Made by a program: the position numbers and the translations under genes | Part shown: positions 59,401-64,000 of the stretch, one piece after another | Numbering within the stretch: the stretch's first letter is position 1 | How the letters are laid out: each line of letters opens with the position of its first letter | The notes under the pieces: model-generated | What the model was told of the DNA's origin: nothing | What the model saw: the letters and a program-made list of their open reading frames with translations, nothing else | Database searches by the model: none | From: an uncultured Parcubacteria group bacterium | Lineage (GTDB): Bacteria; Patescibacteriota; Patescibacteriia; UBA9934; CAMTUG01 | Assembly: GCA_947084965.1 (NCBI GenBank) | Contig: CAMTUG010000002.1 | Span: 79,434-143,433 of the forward strand | Length of the DNA stretch: 64,000 nucleotides | Direction of reading: 5' to 3'

Positions 59401-62400
59401 ATCTCTCCAAATGAAGATCTCCTGGCGATCGGTGACTGGTATGCAGAGCAAGGATTCACCGGTTCGCCTTCCGCCACAACGGTCGATGGCTACGAAGCGC
59501 TCCAAGACGGCCGCACGGTTTACGTTTTGGCCGCCAATCAGAGCGACGATGGCGACATCTATTCGAATATTTACGTCCTCTCCTATTCCGAAGGGGCTGA
59601 TGAATCGACGGTGGAGATCTTCAACCAGATGCTTGAAAACTGGTCGTTCAATACCAACGTCAGTAATGATCAGCTTTGCTATGAAACGGTAACCACAGCA
59701 ACGGAAGTGACCGCCAGGATTCCGATCTGTAATTCAGCGACCTCTGCCGGATATCAGCAGGATTGTGTCATGGACTGTGATGACGCATGGCAGTGTTACT
59801 ACGGTGATACGGACGAGGACGGCTATTGTGACATGGTTGGGACGGCCAACTTGCGTGGTGAAGGTGCTGTCTGTGGCGATGGAGATTACGACTGTAGCAT
59901 TGATTGTTCAGGATCAAGCATCGGTTTCCGTACCGGAACCGTTACTCATGATGTGGATAGCCTTGAGATTTCAGCGGAGACCTGTTCCTCGGATTTCGAT
60001 TGTTCCAGCGGGCCTTGTAGTGCAGAAAAGGACAAGCTGACGCGTGACCTCAAGCGTCTGACCGACCTGCGCTATATCGAAGGAGCTCTTGAGAATTATG
60101 GCGAATCAAACGGGCGCTGCAGCGCATCGACCTCTATCTCTTGTACTTCAAGCGCGGATTGTCCGAGCGCCAGCGAAACATGCGAACCGGTCTATCCAGA
60201 GATTAACTCCGGTTCGTTCCTCCGCTCCATCACCGATAGCGCTTGGTCGTCGTGGACCGAGGTGTTGCAGAGTGACTTGGAAGTAACGATCCCAACCGAT
60301 CCGCTCAATCAATTCGATCTTTGCGGAGAGACGGGTGGCGATTACGCGGACTACAGCGCAGACACCTGCTGGAACGCGACCAACTCGTTATTCGCCTGTC
60401 CGGCCGGCTCCTACACCTATCTCTATCGTAATATTGGTCAAACGGCGTATCAGATCCTCGTTGACCTAGAATATGATTACGTCAGTGCTAGCCCGACGGC
60501 TTCTTGGGCCTTCGCCATTGACCAAGACACGACGGACGATCTCGATATTTTGGTGGGGAACGCCTTCGATAATCTGACTGACGGGTATCAAGAGGATCCA
60601 ACGTGTAACGACGACATCTACGGCGCATCCGAAGTTTGTGGGGACGGCGTGCGTGGGTCTGGGGAGGCGTGTGAAGCGGGTGATACCCAGAGCGTTGCTT
60701 GCACCGCACTGGTCTGTGTTAGTAGAGACGCGGATTATGACGGACAAGCCTGTCTGATCGATTGTACGGACACGACGATCTGTTCCGGCGGGGATGCGGA
60801 TGCGGACGGTGACTGTGATTCCGGCCTGGCCGCCGGCCTTGCCTGTAATTCCGGCGCAGTCGATTGTACGGACACGACGATCTGTACAACAACCGCTTCG
60901 GAGAGCGGGACAACGACCGAATCTTGTATCGACGACCCCAGCGATGCCCTGGCTTGTGATGATTATGAAACGAATCCTCGTGCGGCCTGCGTGCCGGTTC
61001 GCTGCGGAAACGGTGTCGTTGATGCGGGTGAAACGTGCGACGACGGTTCACGCAACGGGACGTACGGCTATTGCGGTACTAATTGCGCTTGGGACAGCTC
61101 AGCGTTCTATTGTGGTGACGGTACCCTTGCTGGCGGAGAATCTTGTGATGAAGGTTCAGACAACGGTGTCTATACACTGAATCCGGCTAATTCTTGCAAC
61201 GCCACCTGTTCAGGGACCGGTCCATCCTGCGGAGATGGAAAGGTAAATGGTGCCGAGATTTGCGATGGTGACAACGAGCAATACGAAGGCGCACTCTGTT
61301 CAGATGGGGAGACGGCGTGTGATGATGATAGCGACTGCTCCGGAACAGATACCTGTCATTTGACGTATGATTCGAGTGTGTCCATTTTGGGCCAGCATCT
61401 CGCCTGTCCGACAGGGAATGTCTGCGTCGGTGGCTCGCTTGATGGAGTCCTTTGTAATGGAACGAGCTGGGCGGATGTTGGGATCACGGGCTTGGATGAA
61501 CTTGGCGTCGATCTAGTTCTACTCGGTTTGTGTCAGGCGGGTGGGGGAACATGCGACACAACAGCGGCTGAATATCAAACCTATCGCACCCGTTCTTGCG
61601 ATGAAGATGCGACAAGTGCCACCGCCTGCCAATGGAACTCTTGGAATTATTGTAACAGTGCCGAGCAAATGTGCGGCGATGGGGAAATACAGGGTGAGGA
61701 AGAATGTGATGACGGTAACAGCAGCAATAATGACGCCTGTACTAACGCCTGTACTTCGAACGTCTGCGGTGATGGCTATTTGTACTCCGGTTACGAAACG
61801 TGCGACCGCGGGGACGAGAACGGCACGATCTGCGAAGCAGATTACGGTTCAACCTGTCGCTACTGCTCAAATGCCTGTGTCTATCTGACCGCTTCGGGTG
61901 ACTATTGCGGTGATGGAGTGCTTGATACATCTTCTGAAGTCTGTGATGGAACACTTACCTCGCACTATTACTATTTTGATTCAGCAACTCGGACGGTTAA
62001 CGGGATCTGTTACACGCTCGGTGACACACTCTCGGACGATGGTGTTGATTACACCTGTCGTGATGTTGGTGTTTGTGACGGTGGTCCTGATGGCGGGGAA
62101 TATTGTACCTACTCCGCTGGGGAGTCGGTTAGTGGAAATGATCAAACGACCTGTGATACCAACTCGACACAGTTCTATACTTGTATGAAGCCGACGTGCA
62201 ATGATGATTGTGCAAGCGCCTGTCCGTTCAATTATGAAGAAGGTACGGTCTCGATTACCAGCGAGTCCGCTGGGGCTGTGGCTGGTACTTCGCTTAGTCT
62301 GTACAGTTTTGAGAATGATGATGGTAATGCGCCGGACAACGCCACACTGACGCTTCCAGCCTGTACTGTTTGGTCGTCGTTAACTGCCGATATTTCTGAA

Positions 62401-63402
62401 TCAGAACGTAATCTCCCGGACACAGATATTATCTTTGTCCTTGATAAGTCGCAGTCGATGTCTAGTACGTTGTCTGGTTCAGATACCCGATTAGATATTT
62501 TACGGTCTGCCGTTAGTGATGCTGTTGACGAACTCTTTGACGCCTATACCGGGGTAAGTGCCGAGTTGAGAGTCGGCGTCGCCTATATCGGCGGCCAGCA
62601 TGGTACAGATGGTGATTCGAGTGGGACCTACAGCCAGAGTGAACTCAACGATTTCTTACTGCTTGATTTGACTGATGAAAAAGCCGATGTCTTGCAAACC
62701 TTAGCAGATGACTTCAGAGGTGTGGACTCCGTGCAAGGGACACCAATATACGAATCGGTAGCGGACGCGATTGATGCACTTAGTGATTCAACTGCTGAGA
62801 GTCGCATCATCATTGTCTTTACCGACGGAGATATTTACAACACTTCAACAGAGTATGGAAAGATCCAGTCGGTTTATGGCCTGAGTGATTCTGACTCAAG
62901 CGGCAGCGTCAATGATGAATATATGGCCGAAGTCAGTCAGTTGACTGATGACGCCAAGGATAGTGGGATAGAAATTTATTCTGCTGTTCTGACCTCTACT
63001 ACTTGTGACATTCGTCAGATGCAGCGCTGGTCGTCAATGGTGTGTACAACAGATACAAGCGCTGATAACTGTTCTGGTGCTCGCGCTGAGGGGAATGATC
63101 TTTCTTGCACGGAACCGGATTCGGGGCTGACCTATGCTTACTCGGCAACCACAGCAGACGAACTCGCGGCGATGTATGAGCAGATTATCGACTCGATTCT
63201 TGGCGTAACAGTTATCATTGTCGACGAGGACGGCAATGAGGGCATGGATCTGGTTGACGTCGGTGATTCGATTACCTTGCCATTGCCCTCGGCGTTCATC
63301 TGTGATGAAACGGCAGAGAAGGATGTGAGTATCAAAGTCAGTTTCCGTGGGAGTGGCCCGGTCAAGTTTGAGGCGTTTGAATTGAACATGTGTGCCCCAT
63401 AA
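53485..63402 (+). CDS. Giant (3305 aa) acidic Cys-rich surface protein: pilin + Ig-like + IPT/TIG + CGxG..ExCDDG repeats + VWA
   Basis: IYAGFLWMTSGGSEEKVDRA; VTISGNNFG TIG motifs; Myxococcus-type Cys repeats; DIIFVLDKSQSM MIDAS. Confidence 0.85.
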   Translation: MSLKRFILSFVIALAAVGFFALPALAQIDTGIEEGSAFQQALGLGTADPKIIVANVIRAALGLLGVVAVCLFIYAGFLWMTSGGSEEKVDRARKMLINATVGLTIILASFAITQFVLSRLLSATGVGGSDITGGGGTSGGAPASTDAVFVIESASPQGEQTIKNLTVRLTFNKDVDGDTVSAITITPDGSSTPVEGTYAVNGDRVTFTPSLACEEAPSENCFAENTLYTIELGSGLKSESGLTISCGGLYDACEYEFTSGELVDTTDPEVEITYPEDGDSVSVDAYVPLQALVTDDAGVSLVEFYVDGVLVDTDQPDGDTPTEFIAEIEWDTAAIEEGSEHEIYAIAYDVNAHDADSDAIEVTVRAAHCFNGETDEDETGEDCGGEDCGSCGGDACVEDSDCQSGVCEDGSCVDAPEITGVSPADGAPGTYVTISGNNFGSSTGTVLFGDVEAELADCNDPWDTDQVIVVVPEGVSEGELYTITLTTAGGHSDSTDDDNGTLIDDFEVTSVVRPGICQLDPDFGEVTDPTDVLGVNFGDAQDSGAFYFGTVEAGAYTDWADELLSVIVPTLAADDYDATVWIDGVESNTVNYEVQEADTGAAPVITSIDPESGPIDEYVTIVGENFGSSTGLVYFTNTDTESADFGVVTAASTDFPAVCVDDIWGGEEIIVKVPEGVESTTYSVNVYRYDSVASEGIDFTVTDGTAGPGICAIDPDSGPSGYEGVTISGEGFGDDEGTVTFADGQSASVTTWEDGEIVVDVPEAAVTGYVTVTDTSDDESNGTLFGIGDCNEVDLCDANTQQCCSTGVCVASTGSCPEETVIDASYAWRFSTGPIPTVPGIEVECSDDMISPTPWDGRSGGDAVCVNAALSATFDTTMDQDSFTSTTILLNKCTGPSDDPCSSVESVTLDTIDTTSVSFTVAPASVLDVSSTYLITLTSGITSYNGTAIEETAWTFGTSSSAEICDIEGVNITPSSQTIEEEDGTANFNAQAVAADECVILDSGAYAWNWETDETYATLTTAADADCTGEPSSCQSALAVQEGTSYMLVEENTQGVDDDADLLINFTNPYIVSYEPSCGEGGTACINAGIYVTFNTEMDESSITSPGRVVVYPCTDEICAAYTDADGIELSIDLDDDDPTQLSIIPTSYFTSTTYYEVILSGDIASESGVLMSETYDGDFSWTFLTKADDTLCAVDRVALDPGSATVDYVGATAVFESRAYGLPDACSSEGQQLVGTSYDWAWVSDNTAVATLYSDGAVEVATDEIPDGCTTSCLPEGTQSYTAICGEDADGDGSLLDSGEDCDDGNAEDGDGCSSQCLNEGTTACTSATDPSCCGNGTVDAAEECDDGGSRSGDGCSASCLNEGSRSVGLSCTDNVLTHYDTVGTTTWAGGEECNDEDDGCSSVCLNEGSPSNLDLVGVCGNGVVESPAEECDGGARCSDTCLFEGNTTACSATVTTNCCGNSTTESSAFESCDDGNTTSGDGCSNLCLLEGSSALYTTPSFCADATVGLGEASACEVSTSDLDGNVEPIQVAIIATTAPAEVVDGVATSTIEATTEGETGEAAFNLSCSCTVDSDCSDSTTLGCGTGGCCYVRPTVTDYTPSTTDACRNTLISFTFDAEMNINTFAENVSVELELDADETCPYDGSTARANGSWFSRLWNTVTDFFTGFVLPADAQSSVCELPFTFSVSDDAGGQRVSLIYTELLEASHDYTVTITGDPDHDGSGVRSADGVGMQADYTFTAEIGEDVCSFDAVRVEDEDEDSPGLFTETNEEHSYHATAITTTGGVEEELSSIPGVYEWDWTQTWWSTDTEILTVPSTSETDAEGDDNVVTAVGENGEAVIYADALITVDTLFGLAGESVAGSVDAVANLCENPWPALPTADELAAGGTWEPFTDEDGADADPDDDGTDEIAERDGYMHFSTYYCRDDGDEGGSDDFDSADAVGVTAPPGDVLKEYLFRFSNGDGIGIRISPNEDLLAIGDWYAEQGFTGSPSATTVDGYEALQDGRTVYVLAANQSDDGDIYSNIYVLSYSEGADESTVEIFNQMLENWSFNTNVSNDQLCYETVTTATEVTARIPICNSATSAGYQQDCVMDCDDAWQCYYGDTDEDGYCDMVGTANLRGEGAVCGDGDYDCSIDCSGSSIGFRTGTVTHDVDSLEISAETCSSDFDCSSGPCSAEKDKLTRDLKRLTDLRYIEGALENYGESNGRCSASTSISCTSSADCPSASETCEPVYPEINSGSFLRSITDSAWSSWTEVLQSDLEVTIPTDPLNQFDLCGETGGDYADYSADTCWNATNSLFACPAGSYTYLYRNIGQTAYQILVDLEYDYVSASPTASWAFAIDQDTTDDLDILVGNAFDNLTDGYQEDPTCNDDIYGASEVCGDGVRGSGEACEAGDTQSVACTALVCVSRDADYDGQACLIDCTDTTICSGGDADADGDCDSGLAAGLACNSGAVDCTDTTICTTTASESGTTTESCIDDPSDALACDDYETNPRAACVPVRCGNGVVDAGETCDDGSRNGTYGYCGTNCAWDSSAFYCGDGTLAGGESCDEGSDNGVYTLNPANSCNATCSGTGPSCGDGKVNGAEICDGDNEQYEGALCSDGETACDDDSDCSGTDTCHLTYDSSVSILGQHLACPTGNVCVGGSLDGVLCNGTSWADVGITGLDELGVDLVLLGLCQAGGGTCDTTAAEYQTYRTRSCDEDATSATACQWNSWNYCNSAEQMCGDGEIQGEEECDDGNSSNNDACTNACTSNVCGDGYLYSGYETCDRGDENGTICEADYGSTCRYCSNACVYLTASGDYCGDGVLDTSSEVCDGTLTSHYYYFDSATRTVNGICYTLGDTLSDDGVDYTCRDVGVCDGGPDGGEYCTYSAGESVSGNDQTTCDTNSTQFYTCMKPTCNDDCASACPFNYEEGTVSITSESAGAVAGTSLSLYSFENDDGNAPDNATLTLPACTVWSSLTADISESERNLPDTDIIFVLDKSQSMSSTLSGSDTRLDILRSAVSDAVDELFDAYTGVSAELRVGVAYIGGQHGTDGDSSGTYSQSELNDFLLLDLTDEKADVLQTLADDFRGVDSVQGTPIYESVADAIDALSDSTAESRIIIVFTDGDIYNTSTEYGKIQSVYGLSDSDSSGSVNDEYMAEVSQLTDDAKDSGIEIYSAVLTSTTCDIRQMQRWSSMVCTTDTSADNCSGARAEGNDLSCTEPDSGLTYAYSATTADELAAMYEQIIDSILGVTVIIVDEDGNEGMDLVDVGDSITLPLPSAFICDETAEKDVSIKVSFRGSGPVKFEAFELNMCAP

Positions 63403-63403
63403 T

Positions 63404-64000
63404 ATGGAGGAACAATACCAGCCACAATCGTATGTCTATGAAGGACAATCGGGCGCACCGGAGCCAGTTGTAAAAAATCGCCGCTGGGTTGTTATTGGGG
63501 TGGTGGTCATTCTCGTCATTATTCTGTTCTCGTTCGTCACTATCTTTTTTGTGAATCGGTCACGTGCGAACCGAGCGGCGGAACAAGCAGCAGCGAATAA
63601 ACGCGCGGAGGTAATCGTTGTTATTGAAGAAAAGTGCAATGATGCTGAATTACCTGAAGAATGTCTGTTGGATCTGCGCGGAAGTGCAGCACAGAAGGCG
63701 GCGGATGTTGCTTATTGTGACGGGCTTGCATCTGGAACAGCCTACGATTCTTGTGCCATGTTGGCGGCGATCGCCGCGGCGGATGCTTCATATTGCGATA
63801 AGATATCGGATGCAACCAAAAAAGCCGCTTGCAATGATGCGGCCCTATCCTCTGTTGCATCCGCGGATCGTCAGTATGACGATTGTCGGCTTTATTCGAC
63901 GACCCAGCGCCAAGATCAATGTAGAGATGAATTTGTTATTCGGGCTGTTGTGCAGGGGGTCTGTGATCCTGCGTTCATGGATGATGTATCTTGCGATGCG
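63404..64000 (+). CDS. Membrane-anchored protein with Cys repeats (3' truncated)
   Basis: ATG 63404; MEEQYQ..WVVIGVVVILVII TM; repeats such as YCDGL..DSC, YCDKI..AAC; open to window end. Confidence 0.75.
   Translation, partial: MEEQYQPQSYVYEGQSGAPEPVVKNRRWVVIGVVVILVIILFSFVTIFFVNRSRANRAAEQAAANKRAEVIVVIEEKCNDAELPEECLLDLRGSAAQKAADVAYCDGLASGTAYDSCAMLAAIAAADASYCDKISDATKKAACNDAALSSVASADRQYDDCRLYSTTQRQDQCRDEFVIRAVVQGVCDPAFMDDVSCDA

Overview
A Patescibacteria (CPR)-like genomic window; an ABY1/Uhrbacteria-type lineage is inferred from the missing L30, SD-less genes, short AspRS, truncated RSH and pilin-fused giant proteins. It holds the 3' part of the S10-spc ribosomal cluster (rplB to secY, adk, map), housekeeping genes (ruvX, recO, asnS, aspS, scpAB, parAB, rel, topA, dprA, pth, der, lepB, hisS, rpsU), five tRNAs, a MacAB-like exporter, a copper cluster and a 3305-aa pilin-fused surface protein. 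The main unexplained signals are: (1) an apparent ribosome-mediated attenuator with an Asn/Asp-rich 22-aa leader peptide directly upstream of tRNA-Asn/asnS; (2) five dispersed GC-rich solo genes, each with its own sigma70-like promoter and SD, three sharing a conserved ~60-nt 3' structure; (3) two families of small non-coding palindromic elements, one flanked by both a direct and an inverted copy of its target; (4) heptamer-periodic inverted repeats inside the ribosomal operon. All calls come from reading the sequence; no searches were run.
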